DNA of 64,000 nucleotides from Candidatus Hecatella orcuttiae (GCA_002011035.2 MTLY02000002.1:32001-96000), one strand, 5' to 3'; shown: positions 19,800-28,364, counted from the stretch's first letter. The notes: generated from the letters alone by a model not told the origin. Numbers and translations are program-made.

Positions 19800-19864
19800 G
19801 GGGCTGTGAAGACTCTAGCCCAACTGAGCTGAAGCCGTGATGTGGATCTTGAGTGCAGAGCCCC
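19800..19864 (+). ncRNA. C/D-box guide sRNA, predicted to direct Cm34 of tRNA-Leu(CAA)
   Basis: Terminal stem GGGGC/GCCCC; C GTGAAGA, D' CTGA, C' GTGATGT, D CAGA; D guide GGATCTTGAGT complementary to the tRNA-Leu(CAA) anticodon loop; TATA-like TTTTTATC at ~19768. Confidence 0.8.
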
Positions 19865-19879
19865 TAGTTTTCAGCACTT

Positions 19880-21295
19880 TTAGGATAAGGTTCTCCGAAG
19901 GCTGTGAATGGCCCTCTTCTGGCAGTCTAAAACAGCCTCTTTGAAGGCTTCTGACAGGGTTGGGTGGGGGATCACGGTGCGGGCGACGTCTTCCACGGTA
20001 GCCTCCAAGCTGACCGCTGTTATGGCCCCTGAAATCAGCTCCGAAGCATGAGGGCCTAAGATGTGAACGCCTAAAAGCTCCCCGGACTCGGCTTCCGCAA
20101 CGACCTTAACAAAGCCCTCAGCCGCCTCTAAGGTTACGGCCCTCCCGTTGGCGGCGAAGGGAAACCTACCTACCTCCACGCGGTGCCCTCGCTCCCTCGC
20201 TTGCTCTTCCGTGAGGCCTACGGCGGCGACTTCGGGGGAGGTGAACACACACCGGGGAATTGTTTCCCTTCGAAGGATGGAATTGCCCCCCAGCGCATTC
20301 TCTGCAGCCACCAGTCCCCCTGCATAGGCTTCATGGGCGAACTGCCCTCCGGCTACGTCTCCCACCGCAAACACTCGGGGAACGTTGGTTTCCATCCTCT
20401 GATTTACAGGTATGCCTTTCCTCCCAAAGGATACCCCCGCGTTTTCAAGCCCTAAATTTTCAACGTTGGGAACCCGGCCTGTTGCGAGGAGGACCTTTTC
20501 AGCTTCCACCTCCTTCACACCCTCTTTCGACGTTAAAGCCACTTTTTTCCCTTCGGGGGAGCTGGAAATCCGCTTAACCTCCACGCCCACCGAAACCTCA
20601 ACTCCCCTACGGCGTAGCAGCTGCTCCAAGCGGGAGCCTATTTCACCGTCTTCCGCCGGTAAAAGGCGGGACATCATCTCCACAAGCCTCACCTCCGTTC
20701 CCAGCCCTGAAAACAGGGAGGCGAACTCGCATCCCACAGCGCCGCCCCCCATGATAAGCAGACTATGGGGGGCATTTTCTAATGCCAAGGCTTCATCGCT
20801 GGTTAGGACATCTTTCCAGTCGGCTCCCGGTATGGGCGGCTTCAGAGGCTTGGAGCCCGTGGCGATGATGATACTTTCAGCCTCCAACTCGAGCATCCCT
20901 TCGCCCTTTTCCACCACCCTAACCTTCCGAGGGCTGGTTAAGGCGGCGGAGCCACGGATGAGTTGGACCCCGTTTTTCTCAAGAAGATACTCCACGTAGC
21001 CTACCATCCGGTTTACAATTTCCTCTTTGCGTTTCATCAACCCCTTGAAATCCAAAGCTACACCTTGGACGGCCACGCCGAATTTATGGCAGCTTTTGAT
21101 TTCGGAAAGCAGCTCCACCGACTTCAACAAAGTTTTAGTGGGAATACATCCTACGTTCGTGCATACGCCTCCAACCCTGTCTTTTTCCACAACAGCCACC
21201 TTACCTCCCAGCTGAGAGGCCCTGATGGCCGCAGTGTAACCTCCCGGCCCGCCTCCCAAGACCAAAACATCCAACCGGCCTAAACCTGCCACCAT
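19880..21295 (-). CDS. lpdA: Dihydrolipoamide dehydrogenase
   Basis: GGGPGGY, GGVCTNVGCIPTK and HPTLSE motifs. Confidence 0.9.
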   Translation of the reverse strand: MVAGLGRLDVLVLGGGPGGYTAAIRASQLGGKVAVVEKDRVGGVCTNVGCIPTKTLLKSVELLSEIKSCHKFGVAVQGVALDFKGLMKRKEEIVNRMVGYVEYLLEKNGVQLIRGSAALTSPRKVRVVEKGEGMLELEAESIIIATGSKPLKPPIPGADWKDVLTSDEALALENAPHSLLIMGGGAVGCEFASLFSGLGTEVRLVEMMSRLLPAEDGEIGSRLEQLLRRRGVEVSVGVEVKRISSSPEGKKVALTSKEGVKEVEAEKVLLATGRVPNVENLGLENAGVSFGRKGIPVNQRMETNVPRVFAVGDVAGGQFAHEAYAGGLVAAENALGGNSILRRETIPRCVFTSPEVAAVGLTEEQARERGHRVEVGRFPFAANGRAVTLEAAEGFVKVVAEAESGELLGVHILGPHASELISGAITAVSLEATVEDVARTVIPHPTLSEAFKEAVLDCQKRAIHSLRRTLS

Positions 21296-21432
21296 GAACG
21301 CTCAACCCCTGCTGTTAAAACGAAACTTTTTCTTCAACCTCTGTAAAAAATCCTTCCATCCTGCTGGGCGAGCAGCACATCAACCTTATAGGGCCTTGTT
21401 TCCGATGGTTGAAGTTGAGGGGCTGCAGCCTA

Positions 21433-22284
21433 ATGGGGGAGACAGGAACCTACAAGGCTAAGCTTCAACATCTGCTTTTCCCCTTGTTAACCCTCTCCAT
21501 GGCGATGGCTTTCGCCGCCCTTCTCTCGGCTGCTTATACTTCGCCGCCTCTGAACCCTCTGCCTTTTGAAGGCGGCCTCTCCGCCTCTGCTTACAATGCT
21601 CTGTACTACGCAGCCTTGATAGCGGGGATGGGGCTGGTCTTCTACCTTCTCACCAAGGCCGGTATGAGAAAAATTTTGAAGACTCTCATCCTCGGAGTCT
21701 ACGCCCTCCTAGTTTTCGCTCTTGCCTCCATATATTCTGCTGCAGGCTTCTGGATAGCCGGTTTGAGTCCACCTTTCAGCTCCTACCTTGGGGGGTTAGG
21801 CTCGGTGGCAGTTGTTTTTCTGGCCCTCTACGCTGTTTTCGTCAGGGGCGGAGTCTGGAGGTCCATCGTCATGTTTCTGGTGGCCGCAGGTTTAGGGGCT
21901 CTCCTAGGCTTTACCATTCCAAGCCTCAGCGTCTACGCCATTCTCATCGCTCTCTCCGTCTACGATGTTTTCGCCGTGTTCAAGGGGCCTCTGGGGAGAA
22001 TGCCTTGGACGGCGGAGCCAGAGGTTTTCACAGGTCTCATTCTCACCCACGACAATTTGAAAATAGGGCTGGGGGACCTAGCCTTCTACTCTATGCTGGC
22101 ATCCCACATCTACCTTCTCCAAGGCTTTTACCCCTTCCTAGCGGCTTCCTTGGGGATACTTCTAGGCGTCTATCTTTCCCTCAAACTTTTGGAGCGGAGA
22201 AGCATGGTTCCGGGACTGCCTTTAGCCGTCGGCCTAGGGATAATCTTCACCCAGCTCCTCAACTTTCTCCAACCCCTTATTTGA
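21433..22284 (+). CDS. Presenilin-like GxGD intramembrane aspartyl protease
   Basis: Multi-TM protein with YD, GLGDLAFYS and PGLP (PAL-equivalent) motifs. Confidence 0.8.
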   Translation: MGETGTYKAKLQHLLFPLLTLSMAMAFAALLSAAYTSPPLNPLPFEGGLSASAYNALYYAALIAGMGLVFYLLTKAGMRKILKTLILGVYALLVFALASIYSAAGFWIAGLSPPFSSYLGGLGSVAVVFLALYAVFVRGGVWRSIVMFLVAAGLGALLGFTIPSLSVYAILIALSVYDVFAVFKGPLGRMPWTAEPEVFTGLILTHDNLKIGLGDLAFYSMLASHIYLLQGFYPFLAASLGILLGVYLSLKLLERRSMVPGLPLAVGLGIIFTQLLNFLQPLI

Positions 22285-22447
22285 AAATCCATCAGTTTAA
22301 GGGACTGGGGGAAAAGCTTCCTGTTCCTAAGTGATATGGACGGACTGCGCTAGGCTACTAGAAAAATATCAGAATATTGATAACATGCTGCACGCATAGT
22401 AAATTATAAATATATATTCCAAAATAATATAACTAGCGTGATAAATA

Positions 22448-22555
22448 ATGACCGTACATCAAATCATAGACGTAGTATATATTCTGTACGCGGTAGGCGT
22501 AGCGACATTTATGCTTCTCTATGTTCGCAAAATCACGCAGAAAGGAGGGGGGTAA
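22448..22555 (+). CDS. Unannotated 35-aa single-TM protein, probable small subunit (IIa-like) of the downstream heme-copper enzyme
   Basis: MTVHQIIDVVYILYAVGVATFMLLYVRKITQKGGG; first ORF after an AT-rich promoter; its 3' end contains the GGAGG RBS of subunit II. Confidence 0.65.
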   Translation: MTVHQIIDVVYILYAVGVATFMLLYVRKITQKGGG

Positions 22556-22559
22556 AAAG

Positions 22560-22982
22560 GTGGAGAAAGCGGAAAAAAGATGGCTGGTCATCTTAGTTGC
22601 CGTAGCAGTGGTCTTTAACGCTACAACGCTTTCTCCTCTAGTCCCTTGGCAAAACTGGCTTTTCTGGTCTCCGCCTACTCCAGTGGAAGAATTCCATATA
22701 AGGATGAAAAATTACACTTTCCAACTTCCCCCGGATGGGATAACAGTCCAAGTAGGTGAGCCTGTTAGGTTTATCGTGACGTCGGAGGATGTAACCTATG
22801 GTTTCGGAGTCTTCAGAGAGGATGGGAGCATCGTCTTCCAGATGCAGGTGCTCCCCGGGTATCGCAATTCGATCCTGTGGGTGTTCGATGAACCCGGCGA
22901 CTACACCATCCGTTCCACGGAGTACTCCGGCCCATACCATCCCCACATGGTCTTACCGAATGCCATTCGCGTGGTGGAGTGA
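22560..22982 (+). CDS. Heme-copper oxidase superfamily subunit II (cupredoxin) lacking CuA ligands
   Basis: One TM helix plus cupredoxin; DVTYGF and STEYSGPYHPHM replace DVxH and CxExCxxxHxxM. Confidence 0.85.
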   Translation: MEKAEKRWLVILVAVAVVFNATTLSPLVPWQNWLFWSPPTPVEEFHIRMKNYTFQLPPDGITVQVGEPVRFIVTSEDVTYGFGVFREDGSIVFQMQVLPGYRNSILWVFDEPGDYTIRSTEYSGPYHPHMVLPNAIRVVE

Positions 22983-22997
22983 GGTGGAGGCTTTCCC

Positions 22998-24587
22998 ATG
23001 ACCTATGAAAGGCTTACTCTGCGTTATGCGATAATCTCAACACTGTTCCTAGGCCTAGCTGGCATTGAAGGTTTGCTGATGAGGGTGCAACTGGTGAACA
23101 TTCCGTTGTTCGACTTCGAACACTACTACGCCATGCTGACCGTTCACCCGTTTGTGGGAATCTACGGATGGGCTTACTTGGGGGTGATAGGCGCCTTTTA
23201 CTATCTCGTCCCTAAACTCCTTAACAAACCCCTCTACAGCCTCAAGCTGGCCGACGTGAACCTGTGGACCTTCGTCGCAGGAGTGCTCATCGTTTGGTCT
23301 TCCGGGCTTCTCACCAAGTTCGGCTCCCTCTACACCCTCTACTGGCCGCTGCCTGTGGAGAGGTTCCCTCCCAACAGCGTAGTCTTTTTCTCCTCAGGCC
23401 TACTGCTCATAGAACTGTCGGTGTTGCTGTTCATCTTCAACATCTTCGCCACCGTTTTCAGCAGAAAAGGGGAGAGTTCGGGGAAAACCTTCAAAAGTCT
23501 TCTCTTATCCGCCTTCGGGCTTGAGGGTTTGTCCCAACGGTTCAGCATGGCCCTCAGCAAGTTGGGAGTAAAGTCTTCCAAGCGTATGTTGAACGGAGGC
23601 AGCGGCTCCAATCCTCAACCCATGCCTGTGTTTGTTGTGGCGGTGATGCGGGGAAGCGTCGACGCTGTTCTCAACGCGCTGGTTCTAGCTGGGGCAGGAG
23701 GCTTGCTGTTGGCTTTCAGCCTGCCGGCGCTTTTAGCCGGTGTGATGCTAAACCCTCTCATCGTCGACCCACTAGTCTACAAGAACGTGTTCTGGTGGGG
23801 TTTGGATATGATTGCCGACGGCGATGTTTTGATATGGGTGGCTGGAGCCTTGTATCTTCTCGCTCCTTTACTCACAAACCGGAAACTTTACGCTGAAGAT
23901 GTGGTGAGGAAGGTTATCCTAGCAGACCTTCTCATCTCCATGGGCGTGTGGAGCCACCATCTGATGTCCGACCTTCCCCAGCCTTCGTTTATGAGGCTGA
24001 TCTCAGGGCAGTTCATAACTTGGGGTGAGTTCTTCACCATGGGGCTGACGTTTTTCGCCGTCCTGATGACCGTCTGGCTGGCTCGGCCGGTTAAGCTAAC
24101 TATGCCTCTGAAATTCATGCTGGGGGGTATTTTCGGCTTCATGCTTGGAGGAGGTTCAGGGCTGCTTCAAGCCAACTACGCTTTGAACCTAGTCATGCAC
24201 AACACCCAGTGGGTTCCCGGATTCCACATTCACCAGATGGTGCTGGTGGGGTTAGGCGGCGTCATCTTCGCTGTCATCTACGCTCTTCTGCCCATGTTGA
24301 CAGGCACTGAGTTGAAGAGTCAGAAGCTGAGCAACCTTCACTTCTGGCTTTGGATGATCGGAGGCGTAGGTATGGCCTTTTCCATGGGGCTGGCGTGGAC
24401 GCCGGGTATGCTGAGGAGAACCCTCTACCCTGACACTACCATCTACCTGCCCTATATGAGCTCAGCCATGTTCTTTGGAATACTGCTCGCCATCGGATTC
24501 CTAGCCTTCATCATAAACCTCGTCCATACCTACGGGCTGCGAACACTGGTAGGACTCTTCATACCTCAGAGGAAAACCAAACCCTAA
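22998..24587 (+). CDS. Heme-copper oxidase superfamily subunit I, non-canonical (gNOR-like putative NO reductase)
   Basis: About 12 TM helices; LTVHP, WSHH, HNTQW..FHIH and GMLRR present; helix VI reads FWWGLDMIADG instead of W..HPxVY. Confidence 0.8.
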   Translation: MTYERLTLRYAIISTLFLGLAGIEGLLMRVQLVNIPLFDFEHYYAMLTVHPFVGIYGWAYLGVIGAFYYLVPKLLNKPLYSLKLADVNLWTFVAGVLIVWSSGLLTKFGSLYTLYWPLPVERFPPNSVVFFSSGLLLIELSVLLFIFNIFATVFSRKGESSGKTFKSLLLSAFGLEGLSQRFSMALSKLGVKSSKRMLNGGSGSNPQPMPVFVVAVMRGSVDAVLNALVLAGAGGLLLAFSLPALLAGVMLNPLIVDPLVYKNVFWWGLDMIADGDVLIWVAGALYLLAPLLTNRKLYAEDVVRKVILADLLISMGVWSHHLMSDLPQPSFMRLISGQFITWGEFFTMGLTFFAVLMTVWLARPVKLTMPLKFMLGGIFGFMLGGGSGLLQANYALNLVMHNTQWVPGFHIHQMVLVGLGGVIFAVIYALLPMLTGTELKSQKLSNLHFWLWMIGGVGMAFSMGLAWTPGMLRRTLYPDTTIYLPYMSSAMFFGILLAIGFLAFIINLVHTYGLRTLVGLFIPQRKTKP

Positions 24588-24708
24588 ACCGGCCGGACAT
24601 CCCTAAATAGGCGAGCTTTTTTTCATGCCGCTGAAGACTGGAGGAGAATATCTAAAAATCCGGAGAGAGTTAAATCTAAGAGCGAGTAATAGTAGAAATC
24701 TGAACGGC

Positions 24709-24783
24709 GCGGCCGTGGTCTAGCCTGGCCTAGGACAGGGGCCCCCCAAGCCCCTAACCCGGGTTCGAATCCCGGCGGCCGCA
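24709..24783 (+). tRNA. tRNA-Gly(CCC) with C at position 33
   Basis: Full cloverleaf: acceptor GCGGCCG/CGGCCGC, anticodon arm GGGGC-CCCCCAA-GCCCC, GGTTCGAATCC. Confidence 0.85.
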
Positions 24784-24967
24784 TTCAGCTACCCCGTTTA
24801 CGGACTTCGTCTATCCTTTTGATCCATCAGCCTTTGCAGGCTTGCAAAATGCGAGAAGGGGAAAAATGGATTTTGAGTTAATTCTTTGAGCATCTCCTGC
24901 CGGTCTTTTTGACTGCAAATACGCATAAAGCGGAAATTTTAACCAGCAACATAAGAAGGTTTATTAG

Positions 24968-25089
24968 TGCTCCGGGCGGGATTCGAACCCGCGACCTCCG
25001 GCTCGAAAGGCCGGAATACTTGACCGGGATTTACCAGCCTGGCGCAGGAAAACCCCGCACCGTTTGAGGGCTGCCTATACTACCGGAGC
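24968..25089 (-). tRNA. tRNA-Glu(TTC) with a ~46-nt intron in the D-loop
   Basis: Exons GCTCCGGTAGTATAG and CCCGGTCAAGTATT-CCGGC-CTTTCGA-GCCGG...GGTTCGAATCCCGCCCGGAGCA join to a 76-nt cloverleaf; intron ~25029-25074. Confidence 0.85.
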
Positions 25090-25464
25090 TCCCTTGTCTG
25101 AGCGTGGCTTCGACCTTCTAGGTTTGGAAAGCTAGACGCGGGAAGGGTTTAAAAGACTTTCTTCAGAAAGACCTACTTCTCAGCCACCGGCAGCGGTGGC
25201 ATTGCTGGCAGTTTCCGCGGCAGGTTTTGAGGTTTGAGTTTTTAAAAACTAGACGGCCGTCTATGAGTTCCACGTTGAAATATCTCTGTAAGCTGCAGTC
25301 TTCTTTCAAGTTTCGCATGAATAATTCTACAAAACGGATGGGTGGCGGAGTATTTTAGGGTTCCCTTTATCGTCTTAAATTCAGATAGGGGCCCCATAAA
25401 ATATTAAAGTGAAAAGGACTAACTCTGCATCATCCTCAACGGTTAAACCTCAGGATGACCCACC

Positions 25465-26217
25465 ATGGGCGGCTGCAATCTGGCGGTTTTGGCTTCAGGC
25501 GAAGGAACAAATTTCCAAGCCATAGCCGACCATGTGGCGGCAGGGGTTCTTCGAAACGTGAACCTGAGGGTTCTGGTTTACAACCGCCCTGAGGCGAAGG
25601 TGAAGGATAGGGCGGAAAAATGCCAGGTGCCTAGCGAGTTTGTTTCCCACGCAGGTAAGGACAGGGGAGAGTTTGACGAAGAAGTCATAGACACTCTGAA
25701 CAGGTATGGCGTCGACCTCATTGCCTTAGCCGGCTGGGACAGGATACTTGGAGCGGAGTTCATTGAGAAATACCGGTGGAAGATATTGAACATCCACCCA
25801 TCCCTACTCCCTTTCGCCGGGGGTAAAGGCATGTACGGCCGAAAAGTCCACAAAGCCGTCTTAGAGTCAGGAGTGAAGGTCACAGGACCCACGGTTCACT
25901 ACGTTGACATAGCCGTAGACCGAGGGCCGATAATCGACCAGTATCCGGTACACATCGGCGACATCTACGGACTACCCATAGCTTGGGAGGACAAGATCAC
26001 CCTTCTCGCGGAAAGGGTGCTTCTCTACGAGCATAGGCTGTATTCTAGGGTGATCCAGCTGCAGGCGGATGGAAGAATAAAAATTGAAACCGAAAAAGTG
26101 GAGAGGGAAGGCATGACTTGGGAGCTGACCATCGCAGTCCCAGATTACAGCGGAAACTGGCTTAAAGAATGGAATGAGAGGCAGAGAAAGTTTCTAGCCC
26201 TTCAAAACGAAAAATAG
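25465..26217 (+). CDS. purN: Phosphoribosylglycinamide formyltransferase (folate-dependent)
   Basis: LASGEGTNFQAI, LNIHPSLLP and TVHYV...D.GPII motifs. Confidence 0.9.
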   Translation: MGGCNLAVLASGEGTNFQAIADHVAAGVLRNVNLRVLVYNRPEAKVKDRAEKCQVPSEFVSHAGKDRGEFDEEVIDTLNRYGVDLIALAGWDRILGAEFIEKYRWKILNIHPSLLPFAGGKGMYGRKVHKAVLESGVKVTGPTVHYVDIAVDRGPIIDQYPVHIGDIYGLPIAWEDKITLLAERVLLYEHRLYSRVIQLQADGRIKIETEKVEREGMTWELTIAVPDYSGNWLKEWNERQRKFLALQNEK

Positions 26218-26244
26218 GAAGGTGCTGAAGCCATCGCAGTCCTA

Positions 26245-27153
26245 ATGCACGCTGAACCGATTTTCAAGAAAATCAAGGAAGAAGTTAGAAGGGAACTGGC
26301 AGCCTTCAAAGAAGAGGGAATAACTCCCGGCTTGGCCGCCATCATAGCCACCGATAACCCTCCAGAGCTCCTCACGGCTAAAAAATACGTGGCCCTGAAA
26401 GAAGCTGACTGCAGAGAAGTTGGAATCTATTTCGAAGCCCATGAAATATGCGGGTATTCTCCTGAGGACAGGGAAAAAGCTTTGCTAGGCTTGATCGAGA
26501 AGCTCAATTTAAGAGACGACATCACCGGCATACTGGTTCAAATGCCTCTCCCAGGGTTTATCAACAGAGAGAGACTTCTTGAAAAAATAAACCCGATGAA
26601 GGACGTCGACGGGCTGACCCCCTACAACAAGGGTCGAATGCTGAGCTCCTACAGCTTGGAAGAGGATCTTCTCCCCTGCACGGCGGTGGGCATCGTGCAG
26701 CTGCTGGAGTATTACAGAATAAACCCAGCTGGGAAAGACGCTGTGATCGTGGGAAGAAGCGACCTAGTCGGACGGCCTCTGCGCATCCTACTTGAAGACA
26801 GGGATGCGACAGTAACATGCCTCCACCGGAAAACCAAAAACAAGTACGAGAAAGTAGCGGAGGGAGACCTCGTCGTTTCAGCCGTAGGGCGGCCTCCTGA
26901 ACTTTACAGGGAAGACTCCTTCAGGCTTACGGCGGAGCTGATAAAGGACGGCGCTGTCATTGTGGGAGTGGGAGGGAAAAGAGACCCCGCCACCGGCAAG
27001 ATGTACTTCGACGTGGATGTGGAAAGCGTGTCTGAAAAGGCATCGTACGTCACGCCCAACATCGGAGGCGTAGGCTTGATGACTCGGGCGAGGCTGCTGA
27101 AAAACCTGATTAGTGCAACAAGGCGGCTGGCGGAACAAGTGAAGCCCTACTGA
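26245..27153 (+). CDS. folD: Methylenetetrahydrofolate dehydrogenase/cyclohydrolase
   Basis: GILVQMPLP, KDVDGL, LPCTA, VGRSDLVGRPL and GGVG motifs. Confidence 0.88.
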   Translation: MHAEPIFKKIKEEVRRELAAFKEEGITPGLAAIIATDNPPELLTAKKYVALKEADCREVGIYFEAHEICGYSPEDREKALLGLIEKLNLRDDITGILVQMPLPGFINRERLLEKINPMKDVDGLTPYNKGRMLSSYSLEEDLLPCTAVGIVQLLEYYRINPAGKDAVIVGRSDLVGRPLRILLEDRDATVTCLHRKTKNKYEKVAEGDLVVSAVGRPPELYREDSFRLTAELIKDGAVIVGVGGKRDPATGKMYFDVDVESVSEKASYVTPNIGGVGLMTRARLLKNLISATRRLAEQVKPY

Positions 27154-27180
27154 ATTTCAGTCCTTTCCAAAGGGGGAAGC

Positions 27181-28224
27181 TTGGTGAAAATCAGGTTCAC
27201 GAGGATTGTTAGAAAAGCCAAGATTCTGACCGGTTCTAACAGTGTGGAGGAATACCGCCTAGAACACAGAGTCGACCCCCTAACCGGCCGCTTGTCCACC
27301 GTCTGCCCGGGAATAAAGGAAAAAAGGGGATTGTTCTTCGGAAAACCGGATTGGACCTTAGTCAAGACCTTGGCAGAAGAAAGCAAGGCCTCTTGCCCCT
27401 TCTGCCCCGAGAACCTTCAAAGCGCAACAGCGAGATTCTACAATCTGAAGAAAAAAAGGCTAAGGTTTGGGAAAGCCTGGGCTTTTCCGAACCTCTATCC
27501 TCGAGCTGAATTCGAGGCAGTGGCAGTCTTAACTCCCCGCCACTTTCTTGGCCTAAACCAGTTTACCCCTCGGGTTCTCTACGAGGGCTTGAGAGTACTC
27601 CTGGAATGCGCTTGGGAAGCTTGGGAATCTAAGCCTCGTTTAAAATACGCCTGCATTGGGGGTAACTATCTTTTTCCAGCCGGAGCCAGCCTTTTACACC
27701 CCCATTTTCAGCTTATCATGCGGGATCTTCAGTTTAACTATGTAAAGGAACTTTCCCGCTGCAGTGAAGCCTACCATAGGGAACAGGGGGAAAATTATTG
27801 GGAAGCATTGGTGAAGCAGGAGAAGTCCCGGGGAGAAAGGTTCGTTGGCTACGTGAACGGAACCTACTGGTTAACTCCTTTTGCCCCCCAAGGAATGGAT
27901 GAGGTTCAGGCGGTGGTTTTGGGGAAATCTCACCTCTTAGAGCTTGATGCCTGCATTCTGAAAGGTTTAGCCTCAGGCCTCTCAAAAGTGCTGAAATACT
28001 ACGACGAAACAGGACTCTCAAGCTTCAATATAGCTCTCTACTCGGAGGCCTTGGGTGTGAAAACAGAGCATTTCACCTGCCTTTTGAGGGTGATTTCAAG
28101 ACCCAACATGCGGGAGAACTACACCAACTTCGACGGCTGGTACGCCCAGAAGCTGCTGGATGAAACAGTACTCGTGGATTCACCGGAATCTCGAGCGGCA
28201 GATCTTCGAAAACTTTTCCCATAA
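27181..28224 (+). CDS. GalT-like nucleotidyltransferase (HIT superfamily)
   Basis: DPLTG, CPFCP, FPNLYP and AGASLLHPHFQ motifs. Confidence 0.8.
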   Translation: MVKIRFTRIVRKAKILTGSNSVEEYRLEHRVDPLTGRLSTVCPGIKEKRGLFFGKPDWTLVKTLAEESKASCPFCPENLQSATARFYNLKKKRLRFGKAWAFPNLYPRAEFEAVAVLTPRHFLGLNQFTPRVLYEGLRVLLECAWEAWESKPRLKYACIGGNYLFPAGASLLHPHFQLIMRDLQFNYVKELSRCSEAYHREQGENYWEALVKQEKSRGERFVGYVNGTYWLTPFAPQGMDEVQAVVLGKSHLLELDACILKGLASGLSKVLKYYDETGLSSFNIALYSEALGVKTEHFTCLLRVISRPNMRENYTNFDGWYAQKLLDETVLVDSPESRAADLRKLFP

Positions 28225-28262
28225 CCGGTTTTTACGAAGGGTCTAACCTCGTTCGTTGAAAG

Positions 28263-28333
28263 AAGGTCGGAGGAGGTGCCTTTACATCCTCATAAGCCCG
28301 AGGCTTCGGTTCAGGTCAGTCTCCTCATTCCAG
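28263..28333 (-). ncRNA. Candidate C/D-box guide sRNA
   Basis: Minus strand: C ATGAGGA, 12-nt guide, D' CCGA, hairpin AAGCC-TCG-GGCTT, C' ATGAGGA, 16-nt guide, D CCGA; TTAAATA TATA box ~25 nt upstream. Confidence 0.6.
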
Positions 28334-28364
28334 AGGAAAAAATTCGGCAACCCTATTTAAGAAT

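Noticed and set aside
22998-24587. Aerobic cytochrome c oxidase
   Set aside because: No helix VI His/Tyr and no CuA ligands in subunit II
25090-25464. Riboswitch (ZTP/THF) upstream of purN-folD; adjacent palindromes AGTTTTTAAAAACT and TAGACGGCCGTCTA
   Set aside because: No recognisable riboswitch consensus; the palindromes are short and not repeated elsewhere in the window
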